A stretch of DNA of 64,000 bases, taken from Malacoraja senta (Eukaryota). How positions within the stretch are numbered: the first letter of the stretch is position 1; each line of letters begins with the position of its first letter. The DNA is taken from contig CM075995.1 in the NCBI GenBank assembly GCA_038087875.1, forward strand, positions 8,434,001 to 8,498,000, written 5' to 3'. Shown here one piece after another: positions 1-12,904 of the stretch. The notes under the pieces were generated by a model. It saw only the letters and a program-made list of their open reading frames with translations. It was not told where the DNA came from and made no database searches. Position numbers and translations under genes: made by a program.

Positions 1-508
1 CATTGGCTATATTTAAGAGGGAGTTAGATGTGGCCCTTGTGGCTAAAGGGATCGGGGGTATGGAGAGATACTGAGTTGGATGATCAGCCATGATCTTATT
101 GAATGGCGGTGCAGGCTCGAAGGGCCGAATGGCCTACTCCTCCACCTATTTTCTATGTTTCTATGTATGGTCCTACTGCTGAATGGATTAGCACGCAACA
201 AATGCTTTTCACTGTACCTCGGTACACGTGACAATAAACTAAACTGAACTGAAAACTGGAGCGCCTGGAGAAAACCCACGCAGTCACAGGGAGAACGTCC
301 ACAAAGCCAGCACCCGTGGTCAGGCTGGAACCTGGGTGTCTATCAGCTACTGCCCGATTCCCTATTGTGGACATTGGACTTTGTCCCTGGATCTGATGCG
401 CTTGGGGGAGGGACTTGAACTTTATTTCGCCTTCCACCACAGTGAGGAGTGTGTAGGAGTCACTGTGGTGGATGTTCATGTTGAAATGTGTTTTGGATTG
501 TTCTGTTT

Positions 509-725
509 CCAAGATGGCCGCCGGAAGTGAGAGTGACCGTTGGCGGGACTAGCTGCTGCCGCTGCTCTCTCTTCGAATTGTGTATCGTTGCTGTTACCGA
601 CCACTTCTTGTTCTGTTTCATTTTGTTTATATGTTTGTAATTTGCTTGTTTTAATCTGTAAGGTGTCCTTGGCAGTCCTGAAAGGCGCCCATAAATAAAA
701 TGTATTATTATTATTATTATTATTA
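509..725 (+). mobile_element. Short CAAGATGGC-headed retroposon with an L2-like (TAT)n tail
   Basis: Second copy on the minus strand at about 52218-52466; shared tgtaaggtgtcctt...aaggcgccc.taaataaaat(tat)n end. Confidence 0.65.
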
Positions 726-812
726 CAATGCTGTGAACTATATTCAGCACTCTGTACCTTCCCCTTTGCTCTTACCTTGCCCACACCGGCCAACACACGT
801 CCCAGCTACAGC

Positions 813-1388
813 AGGTAGACACAAAATGCTCAACGGGACAGGCAGCATCTTTGGAGAGAAGGAATGGGCGACGTTTCGGGTCGAGACACTTCTTCAGACT
901 GATTTCAGGGGAGTGGGCGGGACACGAAAAGAATATAGTTGGAGACAGTAAGACTGGTGGGAGAACTAGGAAGGAGGAGAGGGTGGAGAGAGAGAGAGGG
1001 AAAGCAAGGGCTGTTTGAGAAGTCATCGTTCATACCACTGGGGTGTGAGCTACCCAAGCAAAATATGAGGTGCTGTCCCTCCAATTTGCGCTGGGCCTCA
1101 CTCTGACAATGGAGGAGGCCCAGGACAGAAAGGTCAGATTGGGAATGGGAGGGGGAGTTGAAGTGCTGAGCCACCGGGAGATCAGGTAGGTCAAGGCGGA
1201 CTGAGCGGAGGTGTTCAGTGAAACGATCACCGAGCCTGCGCTTGGTCTCGCCCCCAATGTACAGGAGTTGACACCTGGAACAGCAGATGAGGTTGCAAGT
1301 GAACCTCCGCCTCTCCTGAAAAGATTGTCGGGGTCCTTGGATTGAGTCGAGGGGGAAGATAAAGGGACAGGTTTTGCATCTCCTGCTA
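813..1388 (-). mobile_element. Penelope-like element 3' fragment (GIY-YIG endonuclease end plus pseudo-LTR with hammerhead core)
   Basis: Minus strand encodes CSRCQLLYIG..ETKRRLGDRFTEHLRSVR...PVAQHFNSPSHSQSDLSVLGL...RKLEGQHLIFCLGS.HPSGMN, followed by CTGAAGA-stem-GAAACGTC at 870-897. Confidence 0.9.
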
Positions 1389-2380
1389 CACTAGTCCCAC
1401 CTGCCTGCGTTTGGCCCATATCCCTCCAAACCTGTCCTATCCATGTATCTATCAAACTGTTTCTTAAACGATGGGATAGTCCCAGCCTCAACTACTTCCT
1501 CAGGCAGTTTGTTCCATACACCCACCACCCTTTGTGTGAAAACGTTACCTCTCAGATTCCTGTTAAGTCTTTTCCCCTTCACCTTAAACCCATGTCCTCT
1601 GGTCCTCGATTCACCTACTCTGGGCAAGAGACTTTGTGCATCTACCCGATCTATTCCTCTCATGATTTTATACACCTCTTTAAGATCACCCATCATCCTC
1701 CTGCGATCCAAGGAATAGAGACCCAGCCTGCTCAACCTCTCCCTATAGCTCACACCCTCTAGTCCTGGCAACATCCTCGTAAACCTTCTCTGAAACCTTT
1801 CAAGCTTGACAATATCTTTCCTATAACATGGTGCCCGGAACTGAACACAATATTCTAAATGCGGTCTCACCAACGTCTTATACAACTGCAACATGACCTC
1901 CCAACTTCTATACTCAATACTCTGACTGATGAAGGCCAATGTCCCAAAGCCTTTTTGACCACCTTATCTACCTGCGACTCGACCTTCAAGGAACCATGCA
2001 CCTGCACTCCTAGATCCCTCTGCTCCACAACACTCCCCAGGGGCCGACCATTCACCGTGTAGGTCCTGTCCTTGTTCGGTCCCAAAATGCAACACCTCAC
2101 CTGACTAATCAACAATCTATCAATCTTCGACTTAAAAGTATCCATTGACTTGGCCTCCACAGCGATCTGTGACAATGAATTCCACAGATTCACCACCCTC
2201 TGATTATAGAAATTCCTCCTCACCTCCTTCCTAAAGGAAGGTCCTTTAATTTTGAAGCTATAGGTCTCTGGTCCTAGACTCTCCCAATAGTGGAAACGTC
2301 CTCGCCACATTCAATCCATCCAGGTCTTTCACTACTCAGTAAGTTTCAATAAGACCCCACCTCATCCTTCTAAACTCAAG
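1385..2380 (-). mobile_element. Two adjacent CR1-clade LINE 3' fragments
   Basis: LYKTLVRPHLEYCVQF...RTRGHGFKV...FTQRVVGVWNKLPEEVV, the CR1 ORF2 C-terminus. Confidence 0.93.
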
Positions 2381-2457
2381 CCAATAAGCTCTGAATTACT
2401 TAGACTTGTGGGCATTGGTTGTCTATTTGAACTCATTGTTTATTTGCTTTTTTATAT

Positions 2458-2487
2458 GTGTGTGCGAGAGCGAGAGAGAGAGAGAGC

Positions 2488-2520
<33 letters not shown>

Positions 2521-2655
2521 TGTCTGTCTGTCTGTGTGTGTGTCTGTGTGTGTGTCTGTCTGTCTGACTGTCTGTCTGTCTGTGTCTGTGTGTCTGTGTG
2601 TGTGTCTGTGTGTGTGTCTGTGTGTGTGTGTGTGTGTGTCTGTGTATGTGTGTGT
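2458..2655 (+). repeat. Compound (GA)n/(TG)n/(TCTG)n microsatellite
   Basis: Directly visible. Confidence 0.98.
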
Positions 2656-3298
2656 AAAAATGTATATATACACACACTGAACTTGCTTTTCTCATTGATT
2701 ATATTGTTTACGGTGTACTATGTTTCCATATTGTGTTGTGCTGCAGGAAGTAAGAATGTCATAGTTCTATCTGGGACACATGACAATAAAACACTCTTGA
2801 TCTACGGGCCCAGTGCCGTCAAACTACAGGCCCATCATATGTTAACCCAATCATTCCAAACTCAATTGTATTTATCGTATGGTATTATCTGATTAAATGG
2901 GGCGGGAGATTGCAACCTTCACGTGGTCCACCCTGTTTCGACAAATGCAATCAACCTGATGTGCACAAACAAATAGATCAAATAGAACACGTTGACCTAC
3001 AACTTTAGGCTGTGCGTGCCATACGCAAGATGATCTGATTGAATATCCTGCAAAGCAAAGCTTTGTGCTGTACCTCGGCACAGGTGCCAACAATAACAGC
3101 AAGCCTTCTATGTCAGTGAGGAGGTGCATGGTGGACTCACTGTGGCGGATGATAAATCTGTGTTTATTGTGTGTTTTTGTTATTTTATTCTATGTTATGA
3201 CTGCAAGGCACGGAATTTCGTTCAGACTGAAAAGTCTGGATGACAATAAAGGATACTTGATACTTGATATGTCCAGCAATGGAGGAAGGTGTAAGTAC

Positions 3299-3570
3299 CT
3301 GAACATCAAATGAGGGTTTGAAGAGCTTGTCCTTACAGAGGAACTTTGATGGTGTATCAAGTCGTAACTTGGCTTCCTTCTGCAGACTTGGTTCAGCTGC
3401 TGCTGCTTTGTCCACCTTGTTTTGTTGAGACATAACCATCTGGAAGGCTTTACTCTGGAATCTATTGATATCCAGCGGAGTCACCGCACTGGGTAGTTTG
3501 GTCGTGGACAGCTCGGGTGAAGGTTCAGGCGTTCGGCACAACTCGGCGGCAGCCCCATTCACTTCTTCAA
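3299..3570 (-). CDS. TOPBP1: TOPBP1 coding exon (region after BRCT5)
   Basis: Encodes (V)[16 protein letters not shown]...[17 protein letters not shown]...[21 protein letters not shown], matching human TOPBP1 [14 protein letters not shown]...[23 protein letters not shown] acceptor and GT donor; 272 bp, phase 1 to 0. The 5' boundary is slightly uncertain. Confidence 0.93.
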
Positions 3571-3708
3571 CTTAATATATATATATATGTAAAAATTCAA
3601 TAAAGGTGAGAAAGATATTTCAACAAAAAAACATGCATCATCACAGATTCTAACATTAAATTGAGTTGCAGAAATCTTTCACTCATTTACAGAAATGGTG
3701 CCGTTGAA

Positions 3709-4075
3709 GTGGCACGGTGGCGCACAGTGCCTCACAGCGCCAGAGACCCAGATTCAGTCCTGACTACGGGGGCCGTCTGTACGGAGTTTTTACGTTCGCC
3801 CCGTGACCTGCGTGGGTTTGCAGCGGATGCTCCAGTTTCCTCCCGCACTCCAAAGGGTTTCGGCCCGAAACGTTGCCTATTTCCTTCGCTCCATAGATGC
3901 TGCTGCACCCGCTGAGTTTCTCCAGCATTTTTGTCTACCAAAGTAGTTAAGGTTTGTAGGCTTCGGTAAAATTGTAAATGGTCCCTGTGGAATGTGTTAG
4001 TGTGCGGGGATCGCTGGTCGACGCAGACTCGTGGGCCGAAGGGCCTGACTCTGCGTTGTATCTCTAATCTAAACG
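3709..4075 (+). mobile_element. HE1-like SINE interrupted by a Penelope pseudo-LTR arm (about 3853-3940)
   Basis: SINE head and V-domain, then agggtttcggcccgaaacgttgcc..., then the SINE tail resumes. Confidence 0.82.
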
Positions 4076-4522
4076 AAAAAAACTCGAGGGCCTGAGCACT
4101 AGGGAGAGGTTGGACAGGCTGGGACTCTTTTCCTTGGGGCGCAGGAGGACGGGGAGGTTATCTTCTAGAGGGGTGCAAAATCATGAGGGGAATAGATCGG
4201 CTGCATTTTACCCAGAGTAGGGTAATCAAGAACCAGAGGATATAGGTTTAAGGCGAGAGGGGGAAAGATTTGAAAGGAACCCGATGGGGGAAATTTTTCA
4301 CGCTGAGGTTGGTGGGTTCCAAAGCTGCCAGAGGGAATGGTTGGGGCAGATACTACAACAACGTTTAAACAACATTTGTAGATGTGCATGGATAGGACGG
4401 GGATAGAGGAATACGAACCAAATGGGACTAGCTTAGATGGGGCATCTTGGCCAGTATGGACCAGTTGGCCGACTGGTTGATTTCCGTGGTGTACGAGTCG
4501 AATACAACAAAGAAAGCAATAG

Positions 4523-5943
4523 GCAATAGACAATAGACGCAGGTGTAGGCCATTCGGCCCTTCGAGCCAGCACCGCCATTCAATGTGATCAAGGCTGATC
4601 ATCCCCAATCAGTACCCCGTTCTTGCCTTCTCCCCATATCCCCTGACCGCTATCTTTAAGAGCCCTATCTAGCTCTCCCTTGAAAGTATCCAGAGAACCG
4701 GCCTCCACCGCCCTCTGAGGCAGAGAATTTCGCACACTCACAACTCTCTGTGAGAAAAAGTGTTTCCTCGTCTCCGTTCAAAATGGTTTAACCATTATTC
4801 TTAAACTGTGGCCCCTGGTTCTGGACCCCCCCAACATCGGGAACATGTTTCCTGCCTCTAGCGTGTTCAAACCCTCAATAATCTTATATGTTTGAATAAG
4901 ATCGCCTCTCATACTTCTAAACTCCAGAGTGTACAAGCCCAGCCGCTCCATTCTCTCAGCATATGACAGTCCTGCCACCCCGGGAATTAACCTTGTAAAC
5001 CTACGCTGCACTCCCTAAATAGCAAGAATGTCCTTCCTAAAATTAGGGGAACAAAACTCCACACAATACTCCAGGTGTGGTCTTACTAGGGCCCTGTACA
5101 ACTGCAGAAGGACCTCTTTGCTCCTATACTCGACTCCTCTTGTTATGAAGGCCAACATGCCATTCGCTTTCTTCACTGCCTGCTGTACCTGCATGCTTAC
5201 TTTCATTGACTGATGAACAAGGACCCCCAGATCCCGTTGTACTTCCCCTTTTGCCAACTTGACACAATTTAGATAATAACCTGCCTTCCTGTTTTTGCTA
5301 CCAAAGTGGATAACCTCACATTTATCCACATTAAGTGGCATCTGCCATGCATCTGCCCACTCACCCAACCTGTCCAAGTCACCCTGCATTCTCATAGCAT
5401 CCTCCTCACAGTTCACACTGCCACTCAGCTTTGTGTCATCTTCAAATTTGCTAATGTTACTTTGAATCCCTTCATCTAAATCATTGATGTATATTGTAAA
5501 TAGCTGCGGTCCCAGCACCGAGCCCTGCGGTACCCCACTAGTCACTGCCTGCCATTCTGAAAGGGACCCGTTAATCCCTACTCTTTGTTTCCTGTCTGCC
5601 AACCAATTTTCTATCCATGTCAGCACTCTATCCCCAATACCATGTGCCCTAATGTTGCCCACTAATCTCCTATGTGGGACCTTATCAAATGCTTTCTGAA
5701 AGTCCAGGTACACTACATCCACTGGCTCTCCCTTGTCCATTTTCCTAGTTACATCCTCAAAAAATTCCAGAAGATTAGTCAAGCATGAATTCCCCATCGT
5801 AAATCCATGCTGACTCGGACCGATCCTGTTACTGCTATCCAAATGTGTGGCTATTTCATCTTTTATAATTGACTCCAGCATCTTCCCCACCACCGATGTC
5901 AGGCTAAATGGTCTATAATTCCCTGTTTTCTCGCTCCCGCCTT
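4523..5943 (-). mobile_element. CR1 LINE, 5'-truncated (RT domain to 3' tail)
   Basis: SQHGF...YLDFQKAFDKVPH...GVPQGSVLGPQLF...KFEDDTKL; (CTATTGT)n-type tail. Confidence 0.97.
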
Positions 5944-6375
5944 TCGTCTGCTGTCTGTACGTGAGACAGACACAAAATGCCAGAGTAACTCAATGGGTCA
6001 GGCAGCATCACCGGAGAAATGGAATAGGTGACATTTCAGGTCGAGACTCTTCAATCCGAAACGCCACCCATTCCTATTCTCCAGAGCTGCTGCCTGTCCC
6101 GCTGAGTTACTACAGCATTTTGTGTCTGTCTATGGTGTAAACCAGCATCTACAGTTCCTTCTTACATATGCTGTCTGAGCGGAGCTTGTGTGTTCTCCCC
6201 GTGACCTGCGTGGGTTTTCTCCGGGTGCTCTGGTTTCCTCCCACACTCCAAAGACGTGCGGGTTTGGAGTTTAATTGCCTTCGGTAAAAATTATCCCTAG
6301 TGTGTAGTATTGTGCTGGTGTACATGGTGATCACTGGCCGGCGGGCACTGTGTCTGTGCTGTATCTCTAAACTAA

Positions 6376-6743
6376 CATTGTTAAGGGCTTGGACACGCTA
6401 GAGGCAGGAAACATGTTCCCCATGTTGGGGGAGTCCAGAACCAGGGGCCACAGTTTAAGAATAAGGAGTAAGTCATTTAGAATGGAGACGAGGAAACACT
6501 TTTTCTCACAGAGAGTGGTGAGTCTGTGGAATTCTCTGCCTCAGAGGGCGGTGGAGGCAGGTTCTCTGGATACTTTCAAGAGAGAGCTAGATAGGGCTCT
6601 TAAAGATAGCAGAGTCAGGGGATATGGGGAGAAGGCAGGAGCGGGGTACTGATTGGGGATGATCAGCCATGATCACATTGAATGGCGGTGCTCGCTCGAA
6701 GGGCCGATTGGCCTACTCCTGCACCTATTGTCTATTGTCTATT
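6376..6743 (+). mobile_element. CR1 3' fragment
   Basis: ESRTRGHSLRI...FSQRVVSLWNSLPQ; (CTATTGT)n tail. Confidence 0.93.
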
Positions 6744-7594
6744 GATAAATGCATAATTAAATTGATCATAAAGTCTAAAAAAGGTACAATCATGGGCTTT
6801 AAGCCAGAGTAAGTGCCTTTATACTCACTCGTTGTCTATAAACTTGAAAGACAAATCACAAAGCTAAAGGATAGGAGGAAGAGGATAGGGGAATGGAAAA
6901 GAGTCGTCGTAACTTTCATAGTCTTACAGCGTGGAAACAGGCCCTTCGGCCCAAACTTTCCCACACCAGCCTACATGCCCCATCTATACTCGTCCCACCG
7001 AGCTGTTTTTAGTCCATATCCCTCCAAACCTGTCCTATCCATGTACCTGTCTAATTGTTCCTTAAACGTTGTGATAGTCCCAGCCTCAACTACCTCCTCT
7101 GGCAGCTCGTTCCTTACGCCCACCACCCCCTTTTGTGAAAAAGTTACCCCTCAGATTCTTATTACAATAGACAATAGGTGCAGGAGTAGGCCATTCGGCC
7201 CTTCGAGCCAGCACTGCCATTAAATGTGATCATGGCTGATCATCCCCAACCAGTACCCCGTTCCTGCCTTCTCCCCATATCCCCTGACTCCGCTATTTTT
7301 AAGAGCCCTATCAAGCTCTCTCTTGAAAGCATCCAGAGAACCTGCCTCCACCGCCCTCTGAGGCAGAGAATTCCACAGACTCACCACTCTCTGTGAGAAA
7401 AAGTGTTTCCTCGTCTCCGTTCTAAATGGCTTACTCCTTATTCTTAAACTGTGTGTGGCCCCTGGTTCTGCACTCCCCCAACAACGGGAACACGTTTCCT
7501 GCCTCTAGCCTGTCTCAAGAATTAAATTCTTATTCATCCTGAACATTTACAGATTGAGAATGGGTTTGAAACAATCATTGGCTAAAACACGTAC

Positions 7595-7806
7595 CAGGCT
7601 TGTTGCAATTTTCGATGAAGTACTTTCTTTCATCGGCCTTCTTCCCAGTTCGAGCCGATTCAAAGAGCCAAGCCGGAGACACCGCCGGTAAACTCCACTT
7701 CTTTGAAGCTTCGTACTTGGAGCCTTGCGGTTCTTGCAGAACCAAATGGGTGCTGGCAAGCATGTCCTTCTTCACATTATCTTTCCGAACAAAAAACTCC
7801 TGCACT
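7595..7806 (-). CDS. TOPBP1: TOPBP1 coding exon (BRCT5)
   Basis: [59 protein letters not shown]; tttag|A acceptor, G|GTAC donor; 212 bp, phase 2 to 1. Confidence 0.96.
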
Positions 7807-8020
7807 CTAAACAAAACAAGAAGTCTCAATGGTTCCCGTTTTAAGGACTCGTGTCTTCAGATTGAGGCGGCATTTCATTTAACATCAATTTAGTTTAGTT
7901 GAGAAATACAGCACGGATACAGGCCCTTTGGCCCATTGAGTCCATGCTGACTAGCATTCCCTGAACACTAGCACTATCCTACACACTAGGGACGATTTAT
8001 AATCTTTACTGAAGCAAATT

Positions 8021-8553
8021 AGACAATAGGTGCAAGAGTAGACCATTCGGCCCTTCGAGCCAGCACTGTCATTCAATGTGATCATGGCTGATCATTCCCA
8101 ATCAGTACCCTGTTCCTGCCTTCTCCCCATATCCCCTGACTCCGCTATTTTTAAGAGCCCTATCTAGCTCTCTCTTGAAAGCATCCAGAGAACCGGCCTC
8201 CACCGCCCTCTGAGGCAGAGAATTCCACAGACTCACCACTCTCTGTGAGAAAAAGTGTTTCCTCGTCTCCGTTCTAAATGGCTTACTCCTTATTCTTAAA
8301 CTGTGGCCCCTGGTTCTGGACTCCCCCCAACATCGGGAACATGTTTCCTGCCTCTAGCGTGTCCAAACCCTTAACAATCTTATATGTATCAATGAGATGC
8401 CCTCTCTTCCTTCTAAACTCCAGAGTGTACAAGCCCAGCTGCTCCATTCTCTCAGCATATGACAGTCCCGCCATCCCGGGAATTAACCTTGTAAACCTAC
8501 GCTGCACTCCCTCAATAGCAAGAATGTCCTTTCTCAAATTAGGGGACCAAAAC
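8021..8553 (-). mobile_element. CR1 3' fragment
   Basis: RKDILAIEGVQRRFTRLIPGMAGLSY through the 3' UTR. Confidence 0.93.
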
Positions 8554-9609
8554 TTAAATTAAACCAAAATTAATATACAAACCTGCACGTCTTTTATTGT
8601 GGAAGGAAACCGGAACACCCGTGGGAAAACCCACACGCTCACAGCGAGAACATACAAACTCGTGCAGACTGTACCCATAGTCAGGATTGAACCCGGGACT
8701 CTGGCGCTGTGAGGCAGCAAGCCTACTGCTGCTCCACCGTGCCGCCCAGAGATCCAGGTTCGACCCTGAGCTCGGGTGCTGTCTGCACAGAGTTTGCACG
8801 TCCTCCTCCCCGTGACTGCGTGGGTTTTCTCCGGGTGCTCCGATTTCATCCCAATATCCCAAAGGCGTGCGGGTCTGTAAGTTAATTTGGTTTAGGAACA
8901 GCTCTGCCCAGGACAAGAAGCACAACTCCAGAGCCAACAAGATCATGGGAGACCCCTTCCACCCCAGCAACGGACTGTTCCAGCTGCTACGGTCAGCAAA
9001 CACCTCCGTTGCCACGCTGGGAATGGAGGTGTTTGAGAACGGAGAGGATGAGAAGGAGTTTCTTCCCAGAGGCCATTAGGACTGTAAACTCCTACCTCAC
9101 CAGGGACTAACTTTACTGAACCAATTTACTGTTGTGTGGTGTCTTTTAAAAATTGCTGTTTTTTTCTTTTTTCCTCCCACAAATATGTAATATGTGAATA
9201 TGTGATCCTGTTCCATAGTTTGTTTTTTGCACAATCCGCAAGCATTGCCACTTTGCATTTCACTGCACATCCCGTATGTGTATGTGACGAATAAACGTGA
9301 CTTGACTAATTGGCTTCTGTAAATTGTCCCTAGCGTGTGTGTGCGTGTGTGTGTGTGTGTAGGGAGTGGATGCCAAAGTGGGAAACATAGAACTAGTGTG
9401 AACGGGTGATTGATGGTCGACGTGGGCTCGGTGGGCTGAAGATCTCTTTTCATGCTGTATCTCTGAACTAAACCCTTCCTCCAATTTAAATCGAAGAAAA
9501 TATCAGGAAGTCATCCAATCAGTTCTTAAATAAGTGTTGTGACTGAAAACTGTAGTTCCAGTTGCTGCAATACAAGAAGCTATTGAAAGGGTGAAGAACC
9601 TAATGACGA

Positions 9610-10030
9610 GGCTTGTATTCACTGGAGTTTAGAAGGATGAGGGGGGGCTTCTTATAGAAACATATAAAATTATAAAAGGACTGGACAAGTTAGATGCAGG
9701 GAAAACTGTTCCCAATGTTGGGCGAGTCCAGAACCAGGGGCCACAGTCTTAGAATAAAGAATTTAAGACTGAGGTGAGGAAAAACTTTTTCACCCAGAGA
9801 GTTGTGAATTTGTGGAATTCCCTGCCAGAGAGGGCAGTGGAGGCCAAGTCACTGGATGGATTTAAGAGAGAGTTAGATAGAGCTCTAGGGGCTAGTGGAG
9901 TCAAGGGATATGGGGAGAAGGCAGGCACGGGTTATTGATTGGGGACGATCAGCCATGATCACAATGAATGGCAGTGCTGGCTCGTAGGGCCGAATGGCCT
10001 CCTCCTGCACCTATTTTCTATGTTTCTATG
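9610..10030 (+). mobile_element. CR1 3' fragment, (CTATGTTT)n-tailed subfamily
   Basis: ORF2 end and 3' UTR; the same subfamily occurs at 11368-11800, 47170-47650, 49310-49660 and 50476-50815. Confidence 0.92.
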
Positions 10031-11922
10031 TGATTTTTAAGAAGGAACTGCAGATGCTTGAAAATCGAAGGTAAACAAAAATGCTGGAGAAACTCAGCAG
10101 GTGAGGCAGCATCTATGGAGCGAAGGAAATAGGCAACGTTTCGGGTCACATCTGAAGTTTAGGTTTTAGATCCATTATTGTCACGTGTACTGAGGTAGTC
10201 AAAAGCTTTGCATGTTATCGAAACAGATCAGATATCGGATCTGAAACATCCACTGGGAGATGCCCAATCAAAACAGATCTGACCAAGGCCATGAGAAATT
10301 TTATGGTGGAGACAGATAGTATGAGTGTTATGGGGAGAAGGCAGGAGGATGGGGTTGAGAGGGAATGATAGATCAGCCATGAATGAACGGCAGAGTAGAC
10401 TAGATGGGCCGAGCAGCCAAATTCTGCTCCTGTCATTTATGATCAGTCTGAAGAAGGGTCTCGACCCGAAACATCGCCTATTCCTTTGCTCCATAGATGC
10501 TGCCTCACCCGCTGAGTTTCTCCAGCATTTTTGTCTACCTTCGATTTTTCAAGCATCTGCTGTTCCTTCTTAAAAGATATCTGAAGAAGTGTCTCGACCC
10601 AAAACGTCACCCGTTCCTTCTCTCCAGTGATGCTGCCTGAGTTACTCCAGCACTCTGTGTCTATCTTCGCTTTAAACCAGCATCTGCAGTTCCTGTCTAC
10701 ACAGATCAGGTAATATTATACATAATGAAGCCAAACTCAAGTAGAGTGAAGGGGACGATGCAGAATATAGATCTCATAAGTGATAGGAGTAGAATTAGGC
10801 CATTCGGCCCATCAAGCCTACTCCGCCATTCAATCATGGCTGATCTGCAGGGTTAAAAGGGGAAGATAGATCAGCCATGATTGAATGCCGGGGTAGACTT
10901 GATGGGCCGAATGGCCTAATTCTACTCCTATCACTTATGCCTTATGATCCAGCTTTCCCTCCTAACCCCATTCTCCTGCCTTCTCCCCATACCTTTTGAC
11001 ACCCGTACTAATCAAGAATCTATCTATCTCTGCCTTAAATATATCCACTGACTTGGCCGTCTGTGGCAAAGAATTCCACAGATTCACCTCCCACTGATTC
11101 AAGATATTCCTCCTCATCTACTTCCTAAAAGAACGTCCTTTAATTCTAAGGCTGTGACCTCTAGTCCTAGACTCTCCCACCAGCGGAAACATCCACTAGT
11201 AGATGCCTGATGGAAACGGATCTGACCAAGACCGTGAGAAACTTTAAGGTGGAGATCGATAAATTCCTTGATCAGTGTGGGTGTTACAGGGAGAAGGCAG
11301 GAGAATGGGGTTAGTAGGGAAAGATAGATCAGACATGAATGAATGGCGGAGTAGACTAGATAGAACCATAGAAACATAGAAAATAGGTGCAGGAGGAGGC
11401 CATTTGGCCCTTCGAGCCAGCACCGCCATTCATTGTGATCATGGCTGATCGTCCCCTATCAATAACCCGTGCCTGCCTTCTCCCCATATCCCTCGACTCC
11501 ACTAGCCCCTAGAGCTCTATCTAACTCTCTCTTAAATCCATCCAGTGACTTGGCCTCCACTGCCCTCTGTGGCATGGAATTCCACAAATTCACAACTCTC
11601 TGGGTGAAAAAGTTTTCTTAAATGGCCTCCCCTTTATTCTAAGACTGTGGCCCCTGGTTCTGGACTCGCCAAACATTGGGAACATTTTTCCTGCATCTAG
11701 CTTGTCCGGTCCTTTTATAATTTTATATGTTTCTATAAGATCCCCCCTCATCCTTCTAAACTCCAGTGAATTCAAGCCTAGTCTTTTCAATCTTTCCTCA
11801 GAGCGGCCAAATTCTGCTCCTGTCACATGAATTTGTGAATTGCAGTGTACATTTTATTACCGGATGGTTTTAAAGATTTGCATTAGACAGTAACGTGGAT
11901 TTATGATCTTGGTCGCAGTTAC

Positions 11923-12095
11923 CTCGCTCCAATTAATTCCGCTATGTTGAAAATTGCATCGCGTTCCACTCCAGTGAACTGGCTAATAGAAAGTACGCAG
12001 TTGTTCAGCGGAGAGCTTCCTTCCACGTAGGATAGAGGAGTAAACAAGGCATTGGAGGGCACCGGGAGAATGTACTGCTGATCTATGCACATTGC
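11923..12095 (-). CDS. TOPBP1: TOPBP1 coding exon (BRCT4/5 junction)
   Basis: AMCIDQQYILPVPSNALFTPLSYVEGSSPLNNCVLSISQFTGVERDAIFNIAELIGAR; ccag| acceptor, AG|GTAAC donor; 173 bp, phase 0 to 2. Confidence 0.94.
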
Positions 12096-12904
12096 CTGGA
12101 AAGGAAAGAGAAGGAAGTGCAGATGCCGGTTTAAACCGAAGATAAGACACAAAATGCTGGAGTAACTCAGCGGGACAGGCAGCATCTCTGGAGAGAAGGA
12201 ATGGTCTGAGGAAGGTTCTCAACCCGTAACGTCACCCATTCCTTCTCTCCAGAGATGCTGCCTGTCCCGCTGAGTTACTCCAGCATTTTATGTCTATCCA
12301 AGGAAAAAAGACTTGACATTCCTTTAATATTAGGGAAAGACCAAATCTTAACATTGACGACATATTGCAATAAAATTCACCTACCGCCGATCAGTAATGG
12401 TCACATCTAAGAAAACAGATATTTATTTTTCTCCGTGTACCAACTCCCGACATACAGCACCCGTAATTAGGTTCGAACCCGAGTCTCTGACACTGTAAGG
12501 TAGCGACTCCACAATCTGCCTCAGAGGGCGGTGGAGGCCGGTTCTCTGGATGCTTTCAAGAGAGCTAGATAGGGCTCTTAAAAATAGCGGAGTCAGGGGA
12601 TATGGGGAGAAGGCAGGAACGGGGTACTGATTGTGGATGATCAGCCATGATCACATTGAATGGCGGTGCTGGCTCGAAGGGCTGAAGCCTCCTCCTGCAC
12701 CTATTGTCTATTGTCTATTGGAGGAACAGCACCTTATATTTTGCTTGGGCAGCAAACAACCCAGTGGTATGACTTCTAACTTCAAGTAACCCTTGCTGTC
12801 CCTCACTCTTCATCCCTCCCCCACCCTAGTTTTCAGACGATTTTGACTGTCCTGATTAAATATTACTGATTGTATTGCCTCGTTGTCACCTTATTATCAA
12901 TTTA

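Noticed and set aside
2408..2892. ORFs rich in CV/HT repeats (also 39113-39508 and 39968-40322)
   Set aside because: These are translations of dinucleotide microsatellites.
5015..5893. Host reverse transcriptase gene
   Set aside because: It is a 5'-truncated CR1 ORF2 with an altered catalytic motif (FEDD) and a stop; the many similar short ORFs are LINE fragments.
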